From Pseudogymnoascus verrucosus (lineage: Eukaryota), in NCBI GenBank assembly GCA_001662655.1, contig KV460249.1: 64,000 nt of DNA. One strand, written 5' to 3'. The translations under genes were made by a program, and so were the position numbers. The notes under the pieces are model-generated. The model made no database searches and was not told the DNA's origin. It worked only from the letters and a program-made list of their open reading frames with translations. This document shows positions 34,897 to 47,547 of this stretch, in pieces; position 1 is the first letter of the stretch, and each line of letters starts with the position of its first letter.

Positions 34897-36598
34897 ATGC
34901 CACACACCAGCACCGACGCGGCATCAAATGACACCACCAAAGGCGATGCCCCGCCGCAAATCACCGTCCCCTCCTGGATCAACGGCATCGAAGAGACCGG
35001 CCCCTCAACCTTCGACGTAATAAGCCCCTACACCAACACCACCTGCTGGACCAGCACCTCCGCCACACCCTCCGACGCCCTCCGCGCCGTAGACGCTGCA
35101 TCCGCCGCCTTCCCCGGCTGGTCAGCGACCAAACCCACCGCGCGGCGCGACATCCTCCTCCGCGCCGCCAACCTCCTCGAGGAGCGCACCGAGGAAAATG
35201 CCGAGATCATGCGCACGGAAATGGGGGCTGACGTAGGCACCTCGCAGTTCTTCGTCGTGCCACTCGCTATCAAGATGCTTCGTGATGTCGCGGGGCGAAT
35301 TACCTCTGTCTGCGGCAGCCTGCCAACTGTGGAAGAGGAGGGCCAGAGCGCTATCGTGTATAAGGAGCCCATGGGTGTCATCCTGGGCATAGTTCCTTGG
35401 TGAGTCAGACCCCATATTCCTTTCCCCCGCTTGACGCCCCCTCGGCGCCTTGTTCGCTATCGATCCCATGCTAACCCCCCGCCTCCAGGAACGCACCCTA
35501 CGTCTTCGGCATCCGCTCCGCCGCCACCGCCCTCGCCGGCGGCAACACCACAGTCCTGAAATCGTCCGACCTCTCCCCGCGCTGCTACTGGGCCATTGGC
35601 CGCGCATTCGCCGACGCTGGCCTCCCCGCCGGCTGTCTGAATATCGTCTCTTGTCGTCCTGCCGACGCGCCCGCCGTCGTCAACGCCATGATTGCCCATC
35701 CTGCTGTGCGCAAGATCAACTTCACAGGTAGCACGTCGGTCGGGCGCCGCGTCGCACAGGAAGCGGGGATGCAGCTGAAGCCCTGCCTGATGGAGCTAGG
35801 CGGGAAGAACAGCGCGATTGTGTGCGAAGATGCTAATCTCGACGTCGCCGTGCCATCCATCATCGCAGGGGCATTCTTAAACGTACCCCCCCCCCCCCCT
35901 CTCCCTAATCAAGTGACAATGCTAACCACCGCCCCCCACAGTCCGGCCAAATCTGCATGTCCACCGACCGCATCGTCCTCCACTCCGCCATCGCCCCCGC
36001 CTTCCTTGCAGCCCTCAAATCAGCGCTCTCTTCAGCCCCGCCCTCCGACGCCCCTACCCTGGTCTCCGCAGCCTCAAAAGCACGTGTCCAGTCCCTCGTC
36101 ACGTCCTCCCTCGCCGCCGGCGCGCACCTCATCCACGGCTCCGTCGACGCCGCCGAACCGGAGGGGAAGGCATCGAGCATCCGCCTTGCACCTGTCGTCG
36201 TCGGAGGCGCAGGCGACGAGGATCCCCTCTGGTTGGAGGAGTCGTTCGCGTCGCTCGCGGCGTGCAGGGTGGTGTCGTCTGATGAGGAGGCGGTGCGGGT
36301 CGCGAATAGTGGGGGGTATGGGCTGTCGGCTGCTGTGTTCACGGAGGACTTGAGGAGGGGGTTTAAAATTGCGAAGAAGCTGGAGTCAGGGTGAGTTTTG
36401 TCCTGCGGGGGGTGTGGGTTAGTGAGTGAGTGAGTGTATACTAATGGGAATAGGGCTGTGCATATTAATAGCATGACGGTGCATGACGAGCCGGTGTTGC
36501 CGCATGGGGGTGTGAGGAATAGCGGCTGGGGGAGGTTCAATGCGAAGGAGGGGCTGGAGGAGTTTCTGGTTACTAAGACTGTGACGTGGAAGGATTAG
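34897..36598 (+). CDS. Aldehyde dehydrogenase (salicylaldehyde/vanillin dehydrogenase-like)
   Basis: GIVPW/NAP, INFTGST, MELGGKN, GQICMST (catalytic Cys), EESF, YGLSAAVFT, PHGG..SGWGRF. Three introns. Confidence 0.93.
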
Positions 36599-36795
36599 GA
36601 GTGTGGAGAACGCGTGGCGTTAGCTGGACCTTGCTAGAGCTGGCCTGGGAATATAGGAGTGGTTTGTGCGTGGACAAGACTTAGAGGTGTGGGCGGGCAT
36701 ATGCTTTATTTCATAATGCATCTAGCTTTGCAAAACATCGCGTATATAAAACCAACTCTGAATCTGTGCATCATCTCTACTTAAAAGGAGATATT

Positions 36796-38151
36796 TCAAA
36801 GCTAGCCACAATTAGTTTACCGTCCTAATAAAATTGGAATTAATGTATACATACAGAGACTCTTTGGCGTAGGTCATATTCTCCGCCTACAGATAATTGA
36901 GGGATCTGTTGATATTTCTGTGCCAAGAGTTGTCGGGTATTTTGCAGGACCTATAAAGTCATCAGATACGACATCTACTTGCCAAGGGCCATTGTATATT
37001 TCAGGAAAATAGGGCATACCTCAATATAACTCTGATTCGGATTCTCCCTCATAGTCTTGATGAATCCATACGACATGGCACCTATCCCACATTAGTATCG
37101 CTTACTAACCCGCACCAAGCCAGCCAAGACACGCCAACGTACCTGTCGCAGCCCCCGCAATGCTTGTATCAGCCGACGTCTGATTATCAGCACATCCACT
37201 AAACATCCAAATATCCTTCCCCTCATTCTTCCAATCCTCGACAAAGTTTTCCTCGCCTAGGCCATTCTCATTAGTAGGTCCTCCACCTTGATGGTGCAGG
37301 GAAGCAAAGAAAGACTGTGCGCCTCCAATGAGGGCTTGAGCGTCCTTGATCTTCGTAGCGGAGAATCCTCCATGTAGGAGATTAAAAGCTGATGTAGCAA
37401 GGCTGATACCCTGTTTCACGTTGTCGACGAGGTTTACCTGTCCTGCTGAGTTCGGGCGATAGACGAAGGGAAGCTCGATGGCGGAACCGCTGTGGCAGCA
37501 GTCGAAGAGAACTGTTAGACGGGTACGGGGGTTCATCGGCGAGACAATGGCTTTGTGGAGCTGGCATATTTGTCAGTTCTTGCTAGTGTGGCATATCCGA
37601 TCGCGCACACATACTGTGTCACTGTCTAACTGTCCATGAGATTCAAAGTCTAGGGGACAGATAGTATCATCGAAACTGCAACTTTGTCAGAACTGACTCT
37701 GCGATATATCGCATAGATTCACTCACCCAGACTCTCGGTCTCCATCAGGGTCCTTAACTTGGGCTGCGCAAAGGTTAGAACGACGAGTTCTCGCGTAGAT
37801 AGGATGAGGGTTCACCCACATCCATGTCCAGAGTAGGATAAGAAAACGGAGTCTCCTGCATTGTTACCGGAGACAAGCCATCGAAAAGCCTATAGGAGTA
37901 GTCAGAACCTAGGTAATTATCACAGCAGAAGGGAATCTCACGGCCATCATATTGGCACCGTTAGGCTCCAACGGCGTCCCCCTGTTCTCGGGCGCATCAG
38001 TCAAGATGACCATGTCGCTCTGTGCAGGCGAAAAGCCATGGTCCTGAACAAGGTATTCACGAATGTTCATAGCATCGTTGATACATCCGTTCAGTTGGTG
38101 CTTGGTACCATAGTAGTTGATACCAATCAGCAAGGCCTTCTTGCGAGGCAT
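36796..38151 (-). CDS. Metacaspase (peptidase C14) without an N-terminal prodomain
   Basis: MPRKKALLIGINY..LNGCIND, SYSGHG (His), FDCCHSG (Cys), FSGCADNQTSAD and QIPQLS. Many short introns. Confidence 0.92.
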
Positions 38152-39326
38152 GGTGTTTGCGTTACTGAGGTGGGATATTCTAGTTACTCTGATGAGCACA
38201 GCTCCCTCTCAGAGATAAGAGAATACCGGGATGGGGTAGGACACACTGGATGAGGCCGAGTTAGGATGTGCAAATCGCGTACTGATGAACTGCTGGTCGT
38301 AATATCGTAACGCAAGTCACAGGCATCGTTATGGCCGGCGACACAATACGTGGCGGCGGTGGGCGCCACTCGCTCTCTGCTTACCCCGCCCCTATCCATT
38401 CATAGGGTCGGTTCCGACGATTACGGGATTGACGCGAGTCGCGAGATTGACTCGAACACGTTGCCTCGCCTCCAGCCGCCAACCCCACTTACCCTCCCCT
38501 GATTCCGCGCTATGCCTATTGGCACGATTGAGGCTATTATCCGCATACGCAAGCTTGTGTATGGCCGAGCGGACGGGATGCCCAATTCTCTGTGAGCTGC
38601 CATCGCTTTTGCGCCAAGACCACCACCAAAACCGTTCCCCGTTGTCAGCCTTCCGCTTCCTTATTGCCGCTTCGAGACCGTCGCTGCTTTTACCTGCACT
38701 GCCTCAAGGCCCACACTTCCCACTTCGTGACCACTGAAGCGACCTAAGAGCGCTTAAAAACGCGAAACGATTGATATTACAGAGAGATGGGCAATATATT
38801 CAAGGACCGCGATGACGAGTTGCAAAAAGTCATTGCAACTTGCAAGATATAGCATAGTTAATGCCTAGTTATACGTATATTTCTAGGCATGGTAGAGAGC
38901 ATGAAATTCACAAACGATGAAAATATGATAATATGAGACAGTTGCGATAGTTATTAGTGTCACAGGCACATACAGGGGCAGATTATAGTACTCTGTCACC
39001 GCCTACAGGGCTAGTGTAGGGGCCACCGAGACCAGGGCACGGGCCCGGCCCTGTCTCTTTTATATGTAGATAGAGAGCCTCCAAGAAATAAGAGGATAGA
39101 CTTTACCACATTACATGATTCTAGCTCCGCAGTAAGCCTACTTGATAAACCCCTATTAACTATGGTCTTTTGCACTAACTTAGTGTCAATCAATTAAGTC
39201 ATTAGCTCCTTGCTCAACGCAACGTTTCTGGTTCGACCGCCAATTTGGCACCGGAATATCCTAAATCCTCTTTCTACCAGTTTTTTTAGCTAAGCTATAG
39301 TTAGTGTTTGTGGGATTTCACAAGCG

Positions 39327-39740
39327 ATGGATAATAGTGGCCAAAAGCCACTTTGTGTGCCTGGCTTTGGTGGAATGTCTCTGTATCATGAGCTAAATAT
39401 CGAGTGTCGCTTTGCCGATGCTGCAAGTGGATGGGAACAAAAGGCCTGCCCTGACTGCGCCTGAGCTCGCTATGATGCAACTCATGAACGATTTAACCGA
39501 CAAGCGGGACTGGCATATCGGAATATTCAATGACGAGATCGTTGCAAAATGGCGCGAAGAGGCGTTTGAAACCCAAGAGAAAATCGAAACGCATAAAACA
39601 CTTGGAATGCGACGGATTAGCGTGAAAACTTGGAATTGGTGTGTTATGGAGCTTCGCGATAAAGCTCTAATGGTTGAGGAGAACTAATTTATTCGCATCC
39701 TTGACGCAGGATCCTCCGTATGTAAATCAGATGCGGGGGC
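39327..39740 (+). pseudogene. Truncated DUF4246-family gene remnant
   Basis: MDNSGQKPLCVPGFG, a frameshift, then ELAMMQLMNDLTDKRDWH..FNDEIVAKWREEA..WNWCVMELRDKA, a stop, and ILDAGSSVCKSD. Similarity is lost after that. Confidence 0.72.
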
Positions 39741-39883
39741 CGATATTTACAAGAAAAGCCAACAACCTATCCCTACGCACTAGCGATTTCAGCTCGATGT
39801 TACTCCATAGCACTTTCTGTACGCGTACACTTTACCAATTATGCTACGATCATTAAATCCTTTTATTAATTAAGAATTCAAAA

Positions 39884-40852
39884 TTACTTTGCCTGGGAGT
39901 CCACTAGCTTATACTCCTCATACGATGGCCTCATTCCGAGCGCTATACTACCAATCCAATAGTTAAGACTAAGAACGACCCTAGATATAGCAAACTGGCT
40001 CCATCTCTCAAACTCTTTTACCCACTCAGGCACATTCATCCAGTAAAACTGTCGCAAAATCCAGCATGTCCCATGATCTTCACAAAAGTCATACTTATGG
40101 AAGGTCGTCCGTAGCTGGATCCAGAGAAACTTGTGTATCATCCATTCTCTAAGAGACGGAGTTCGGTTTGTGAGTACGTATAACACTCGAACCCACAAGG
40201 GCGTGGAACAGAGTGAAAAGTATACCTCGGCGTCTTCAACGGAGCTGCAAATAATGTGATAGAGTTGCCGGGTTCTCTCTGATCCTAGTAGCTTTGCCGT
40301 CGCCGGCTGTGATGAATTTACGTATTTCCCAAAACTAATCCAGGATTCTGGGAGCTGTGGGCCCCATGGCAACCCGTGCACCCAGCGTGAACCTCCAATA
40401 TACCATTGCCCACTTAGCATGTTGAAGCTGACACACATCTTTCTCGTGATATGAGTATGATGTGGACTTGCCCAGTGACTCTCCTGTGGGATCTCAATAA
40501 AGATATCTGGCTCGGCGAGTTTGAAGTCGAAGGTGACGACGTCCTTCCTAGATAGGACATAATAAACGCTTTTGTGCGCGACAAAGAACCTTGAAAGAGT
40601 GAATCGAGTTCGGTGTTGGGTGTTGGTTCGTTGTTTGCAACCCCAGAGCCTTGAGTGCACTGTATGAAGATTGAGCAACTTGCTGAGGATTGTGGCTGAA
40701 ATTGCTGCTAAGAAGAGTACGATAATCATCGCGAACCTTGGCATGTGTTGAGGTGACTCGACACTTGAGTTATTGCGTTGGTTGTCTGTGAAATCCTCGG
40801 AAGGATATGCGATTATATAAGTGGGCCTAGGAGTGTGGGTCGGTAAAGGCAT
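39884..40852 (-). CDS. Hypothetical (orphan) protein, intronless, one hydrophobic segment
   Basis: Open frame over 320 codons in ~45% GC DNA. No family recognised, start uncertain. Confidence 0.5.
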   Translation of the reverse strand: MPLPTHTPRPTYIIAYPSEDFTDNQRNNSSVESPQHMPRFAMIIVLFLAAISATILSKLLNLHTVHSRLWGCKQRTNTQHRTRFTLSRFFVAHKSVYYVLSRKDVVTFDFKLAEPDIFIEIPQESHWASPHHTHITRKMCVSFNMLSGQWYIGGSRWVHGLPWGPQLPESWISFGKYVNSSQPATAKLLGSERTRQLYHIICSSVEDAEVYFSLCSTPLWVRVLYVLTNRTPSLREWMIHKFLWIQLRTTFHKYDFCEDHGTCWILRQFYWMNVPEWVKEFERWSQFAISRVVLSLNYWIGSIALGMRPSYEEYKLVDSQAK

Positions 40853-41426
40853 GCTACGTTGCCAGAAATTATATGTCCAGCTGCTTCTTCCAATCAGCGT
40901 ATGACTTTTAATGGTTTTATCCGGTGCACCCGAGAGCAATCCACACGATTCTGATGCCTTCGCTCTCAAATGAAAATATAATCTACACTTAATCGTCGGT
41001 TCCGACGATTAGGCTAATGGAAGCATCTGCTTATGCTACCTTATGCAGTAGTTATTAGATAAAGCTCTTATCCCTCTACTATCGCCCCTAACTCCGCATG
41101 CATTAACCAAGTGGCGAAGCAAAAATATCACTCGGCTCTATTAAACTTGAGCCTTCTGTCCCTTGTGTACTGGGGGTTCCTGATTCAGGGCGTCAACGTA
41201 TTTCCATTACATGAGCTAGACAAAAGATGATGGCTGCACCATCACGCTCCTCTCACACCAGACAGTCCGCATGGAGAAAGTAGCGCTAATACAAGGATTT
41301 GGGGCTCAATACTGCAAAGTGGCTTAGCCTAACAATGGTCTAGATTATGTTGGTCTAATCAGAAGCCTCTCTGGGGTTGGATTATGTAGTAAGCCTATTA
41401 AGAGCCAAACCAACAATTACGACAGT

Positions 41427-41531
41427 ATCTAATATTGCACAAAGTTGGTCTCCGTATACGAGATGCATGCACGACCTCATCTAATATTGCACAAGTTGGT
41501 CTCTGTATACGAGATGCATGCCACGACCTCA
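41427..41531. repeat. Two-copy ~52-bp tandem duplication
   Basis: ATCTAATATTGCACA(A)AGTTGGTCTCYGTATACGAGATGCATGC(C)ACGACCTC twice. Confidence 0.9.
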
Positions 41532-42009
41532 GTAAATGACCGGGATTATAAGTTATGGCAAAGCTTCGCCTTTTATCCACTTCTAAGCCCACTCCCCGCT
41601 ACTCTAACAACACAACCTATTACAACGCACTTCTACTCAGTATACACTCTTGATTCTTGAACTTGCCTCTGTTTTCTGCCTTCTTGCCAAAACAGCCCCA
41701 AAATATACCCTTGTCGAAAGTGCAGCTTCAATTTTCATCCTTCCAACATAGCAATCTCTCAGCTGGCCGTCAGTGCCATTTATCCGTGATGGTATGTGCC
41801 AGCTCTGCATATGTTATCTTAATAATGCTACTGTATTCACATATTAGCAAGTCTCTGAAGATTAAGCATGTGCGCTTATATAATGCATACACTGAATTAA
41901 GAGTAGTATTTAAGATTGGTGGCCTCCCGTTATGTGCCTAGAAAGAACTCCGGCTGGAAAAGCTTACACATGAGACGAAAACAACAATTATACAACGTTT
42001 TTGCCCATA

Positions 42010-45000
42010 ATGGGCTCCATTATTCAGAAGCTATTGCTTTTAACAGCTATTGCTACACATGCCTATGGCTCCTCAAAAGGGCTTAAAGAAATAACGGGGG
42101 TGAAGTTCCATCAACCGTCTGCGGCAGAGATGCAGCGTGCCCACGAGGCCTTCTCTTCTCAGAGCTTCCAAAACAAGACGGCATACGAGATGTAAAGACA
42201 TCCGATCCTGAACTTGTTCAGCTTAGGGATGTTAGTACTGCAGAACTCCAACAGGCGAAGGCTCTAGTTGCCACGGCACATACTTCCCAGGCAGCGTATA
42301 ACAAGTGGAACATGGAGAACCCCAGCTTCAACAACTATCACCACAAGGGAACGGGGAATACTGCCGAACGCCGGGATACTAAGTCTCCCCCTACCTTCTC
42401 ACGGGAGACCTTAGATGCCATTAAGCTTGTCGGCACTGTAGATGCACAGAATATGCTCAAGAACGGAACCTTGCCGAACTACAATAATGCAACGTTCTGG
42501 GCCCACAAGCCAGATTCAGACACCAACTTCCGGGGCCCCAAAAATGTTAAGAGGGCCAATGATGACTCATGGCTATCTCAGATGCAGCATGGATCTCAGC
42601 CTTTTGGTGGCGACTCAAGTTATGTGGTAAGTAGGTTTTGTTGCCTTGTTGGTGAATTATGCTAATTAATAGGTCTGGCGTAACGTCATGGACTACGGCG
42701 CAGTTGGGGATGGCGTGGCGGATGATACCGCTGCCATTAACAAAGCTATGTCTGATGGAAACCGTTGTGGCGCAAACTGCGCTGGGTCGACAGTAAAGGG
42801 CGCAGTCATTTATTTTCCGTTTGGAACTTATCGAGTGAGCAGTAGTATAGTCTCCTACTATAACACCCAAATTGTTGGTGAGATAAACTCTGATGGCAAT
42901 TCTCCCGTCATCGAAGCTGCGACTACATTCACTGGCAACGGGGTTATTAGCAGTGACGTCTATCTGGCTGATGGAACGACAGAGTGGTACATTAATACGG
43001 TGAGTTTCTAATTGTTATATGTAGACGTCTCTAACTATTAGGCCAACTTCTATCGTCAAATTCGGAATTTAGATATAAATCTTCGGTTTGCAACAATGCA
43101 AAATATCAAGGGTATTCACTGGCAAGTCGGTCAAGCCACAAGTATTGAAAATGTTAGAATCTACATGACGGATAAGTCGTCGTCAACCCAAGTTGGCATT
43201 TGTAAGCTTAGGACCTCATGATAGCCTGTCCACGCCGCTTACCAAGATAGTTGCGGAAAACGGCAGTGGCGGCTGGTTTAGCGCCATCTCCATGATAGGG
43301 GGGCTGTACGGGTTTCTTGGAGGTAACCAGCAGTACTCAGTTGGCGACATTAATATTGTCGGCGCTAAGAATTGTATTGGTATCATCTGGGATTGGGCTT
43401 GGGTGAGTTTCTGGAAGTTTACAACGATAAGTACTAACTATGTAGTCCTGGTCCCGCCTAGTCCTCGAAGACTGCGACGTCGGCATAAACTTAACTCCGC
43501 CGGGCTCTAATTCAGCCTCCCCAGTTGGCTCCGTTATGATTGTTGACAGCGCATTCGTTAAATGCCCTGTCGCTATCCTGACGTACAGCTTTGCTGGGAG
43601 TACAGGAGAACAAGGGACCACGGTGCTCACTCTAAACAATGTTCACTTTGTTGGAGACACAAACTTTATTGTTTTCCCGGATGGCACTGGCCTTGTGCAA
43701 AATGTTTCGAATTCGGTCATTCAATTTTGGCAGATAGGAGATCTAGAAGCAGATGGTGCCACGCATGACGGGCTGTTTTTTGTTAATATACCTAGACCAG
43801 AAGTTCTCACTGTTACGGATGCCTTTTCTTCACCACAACAAGGCTCGTTCTATCGCCGATTGTAAGTTTGGATTGAGTAAACGTGGCCCTACTGACTATG
43901 TGTAGTAAGCCGACGTACCAAGGAATATCTGCTTCATCTATTCTTAATGCGAGGGCGTTAGCAAAGGGTATGTCATAGGCAATTTACCCACATTAGCTAA
44001 TTTGTTTTAGGTGATGGTGTTACAGATGATACAGCTGCTCTTCAAACTATGCTGTTTTACTGCGCGAAGAACAACTGTATCTTATACGTTCCTGCTGGGT
44101 CGTACATGATTTCTGCCCCTATATTAGTACGTCGTCTACACCATTTTGTTCCTAGCTGATTATGATAGATCCCTAACAACTCCGTCATCGTTGGTGAATC
44201 ATGGTCGCAGTTTGTTGCCTATGGCCAGAACTTTGCAGATGAGTTCAACCCGCAACCGATGATTACAGTCGGGCAAGGCGAATCTGGAATGGTCGAGATG
44301 CAGAATCTATTATTTACATCCCAAGGAGCTCTGCCTGGCTTGGTTCTTGTCCAGTGGAATATTAAAGCCGCAACTCAAGGCTCTGTAGGGCTGTGGGGTG
44401 AGTTGATACCCCGTTGAGAGTTAACTTATAGGCTGACCATTAGACTGCCACTTCCGAATCGGTGGTGCCAAAGGCACTAACCTGCAGAGTGCGCAATGCC
44501 CAAAGCTCACCGGCAGCATCGATCCCAATTGCATTGCGGGTTCAATCATGCTCTTAATGACACAAGATTCTAACGGGTATGTAACTCTCTAATATTAGCG
44601 AATTATCTAACAGTTCAAGCTATTTCGAGAATATGTGGGCTTGGGTTGCAGGTGTGTGCTTTTTAACCATTTATATATTTAAGCTAACGTCATAGATCAT
44701 GACATTGATAATCCTGCTTCCGACTTGTCAAACCAGATAAACGTCTACTTCGGCCGGGGTATGCTGATCCAAAGCCAAGGGCCATCATGGTTCCGTGGCA
44801 CTGCTTCAGAGCACAGTGTAATGTATCAGTATAATGCTATTAATGCAAGCAACATTTATATGAGTATAATTCAGACCGAGTCGCCATGTACGTGTATTAT
44901 TTAACAATGGTACTCTGCTAACGTCGTCTTAGATTATCAAGGAGCTGCGTACACTCAGGCTCCTGCTCCTTTTAGTCCATTATGGAATGGAGATCCATTA

Positions 45001-46509
45001 TTCAACACATGTGGCTCTGACACGATAACATGCAACGTCGCTTGGGCTATTATCATTCAGTGGTCTGAGAATGTCTTCATTGACGGCGCAGGCCTCTACT
45101 CGTGGTTTCAGAGCTACAACCAAGACTGCGTTGACTCAAACACCTGCCAGCAGAGACTTGTCAACATCTACAACGTCGGCGGGCTACTTTTTAATCATCT
45201 AGTCACTATTGGGTCTGTCGAGGTCCTAACTCCAGCTATAAGTAATCACTGGAACGGCATTAAGTACGCCGCCGACCATCTGCAAGCGACGGTGTACCCG
45301 TGGTGGACAGCAATTGCCACTTACCTAGAGAGCAGCGAAAGTGTCGACCTAACGGTTGATCCATACCCCATTACTGAAGGCTGGGTCTCTTTCGGAGACT
45401 CGTATGCTGCAGGCATTGGTGCCGGAAAGCCTTATGATAAGATTAAAAACTGCGCTCGGGGGTCAGGAGGATATCCGCCTATTCTCGATAACATTATTCA
45501 GTTTGGCCACAACGTCGAGACTGTCTTTCAACCTCTTTCCTGCTCAGGAGAAACCGCGCGGCAGTTTATCGATGGCACGGCCACGAAGCAACTCTCTCAG
45601 TGGCGTCCTAGCTCGTCTGATATCGGGACATGTTCCTTTACTGGAAATGACCTTGGCTTCGGGAACATTGTATCGCACTGCATCATGGGCTATAAGAGTA
45701 GAGACGAGTGCCAGAGCGATATTACCAAAGCGAAGAGCCTTCTCGATGCCAACAGCCTTATTGGAGAACTGGTGAACGACGTCATGGAAATGATTGTGGC
45801 CAAGGCTAAACAATACAAACCGCGCTTCGTCGTCTATTGGACTGGATACCCGAAGTTTTTTACAAGTGTTGATGGCACTTGTGATACTTGCTGGTTTCAT
45901 GAGTACTGGTATGCAGGGGAATACCTCACACAAAAACTCCGCAACCAACTCAATCAGCTATCGGTAGATGTTAATAACCAGATCGAATTCGCAATTAATA
46001 AGTATAATGCGCTTCTCCCATATCCAAAGGTTGTATTTGTCTCGCCTGACAAGCTAAAATTATATGATGGGAAACGATTCTGCGAGAAGTCAGTTAGCGA
46101 GCCGCTGAAGGGGTCGGCACAGAATGCAGTTGCCTTCTTTTATGAGAAGGGTCCTGATAATGTGCCAGCATACCCATTCGCTCTTCCGAAGCCAATAGAG
46201 GACGATGCGCCCTCCGATTGGGCGCTGTCGACGTATAACAGCGCCACTTGTAGTGATAGCATTGAGGCATCGGATGGAAACTGGGCGTCAGAGATGCTTT
46301 GTGACATGGCTATTGGGATCTCGAATGGGTCTATTACATCACAGGACTTCCTTGACAACGAGGGTGCTGGAGCAACGATTACTGCCAATTCTGATGGAAC
46401 GATAACAATTACTGATTTGGATGTGAACTATCTCAAGATGTTTCATCCGAAGACTGAGGCAAACTGGCACATCGCACAGGCAGTGACTGATGCGCTGATA
46501 AAGAATTAG
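42010..46509 (+). CDS. Secreted GH55 beta-1,3-glucanase fused to a C-terminal SGNH/GDSL (SEST-like) hydrolase
   Basis: Signal peptide, RNVMDYGAVGDGVADDTAAIN, NFYRQIRN, HWQVGQATS, ENGSGG, a second GDGVTDDTAA, GTASEH, QTESP and GAGLYSWF. The last exon (~44933-46509) runs in frame into FGDSYAAG, SCSG, GND, GYP and MFHP. Confidence 0.88.
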
Positions 46510-47547
46510 AACGACCGAGGAGAAGTAGAACCACTAAGCAAGATTGCATTAAGGAGGTGGCCGATTAAAATATGGTCGTACGAATTAGCAATGATTATCT
46601 ACAGCTTTTTCGAGCGACTTGTATCATCAGGTGGTAACCAGCAGATTGCTGCTATTTCTGAAATCGTAAGCCACTTATCTCTAAGCCCTTAACATGTGAT
46701 TTATACATTATTTAAACTCTTATATAAACCTGTGATCCTACATCGCCTAATAATGTGATTCCTCATTATTTAAGTCCTGTAACTAGTTTCTTAGGAGACT
46801 AGTGGGGGACCCTGGGTTAGAGGCTGAAGACCAGACCATAGTCCGGTCTAAGAATTTGAGACCGGACCGACCCATGGTCCGGTCTGGGGTCAGTCAACCG
46901 ATGGGGTCGGTCCCTCGTGGCGCAGCCTAGCTCTGATGCTGCAAGTGCACGGACTTAAGGATGGTGGGCCCCTAAGCCGTGCCCGAGCTGTCACCCACAT
47001 GTGTCAGCATGGAGTTGCAGCCGCGTTTGAAGGTTCTTTCTAGAGAGTACTCAAAGGGAAAGCATACTGTATAATATACCAAAGCATTTATCAGACTTAC
47101 AGCTTCCGGTCTAAATATGCAGGTATAACAGCGAGGGGGAGATGTGCTGTTAAGGTACTGGTACTAGTTACTCGGTAGGATGGGTAAATGGCGGAGGCGA
47201 CGGGGTCGTGGAGGATTTGATCTGGCTAAGCTTTCTGGGCTGGCTCACCTAAGTTAAGGGCGGTAGCTTCTAATAGTCTAGCGCCACTAGCTAACTTGTA
47301 TACTAATCAGGGGCTAGAGAATCCCACAGGAAAACCTGTTATTTTAGGTCTAAATCGCCCATATTCCTGGAGAAAGTCTGTTTCCCTAACAAAAATAGCT
47401 AACGCTCCCTGAGTAACATATATCAAGTGTATCAAGGCACCTCCAATGTGGAAATTCATGTAAGAAAAAGCGTATCTATAGTCTTCTAGTTTCTAAGAGC
47501 GGATCTATAACTATTCTAAAACTATTTATGACGCGTCAAAAGCAAAT

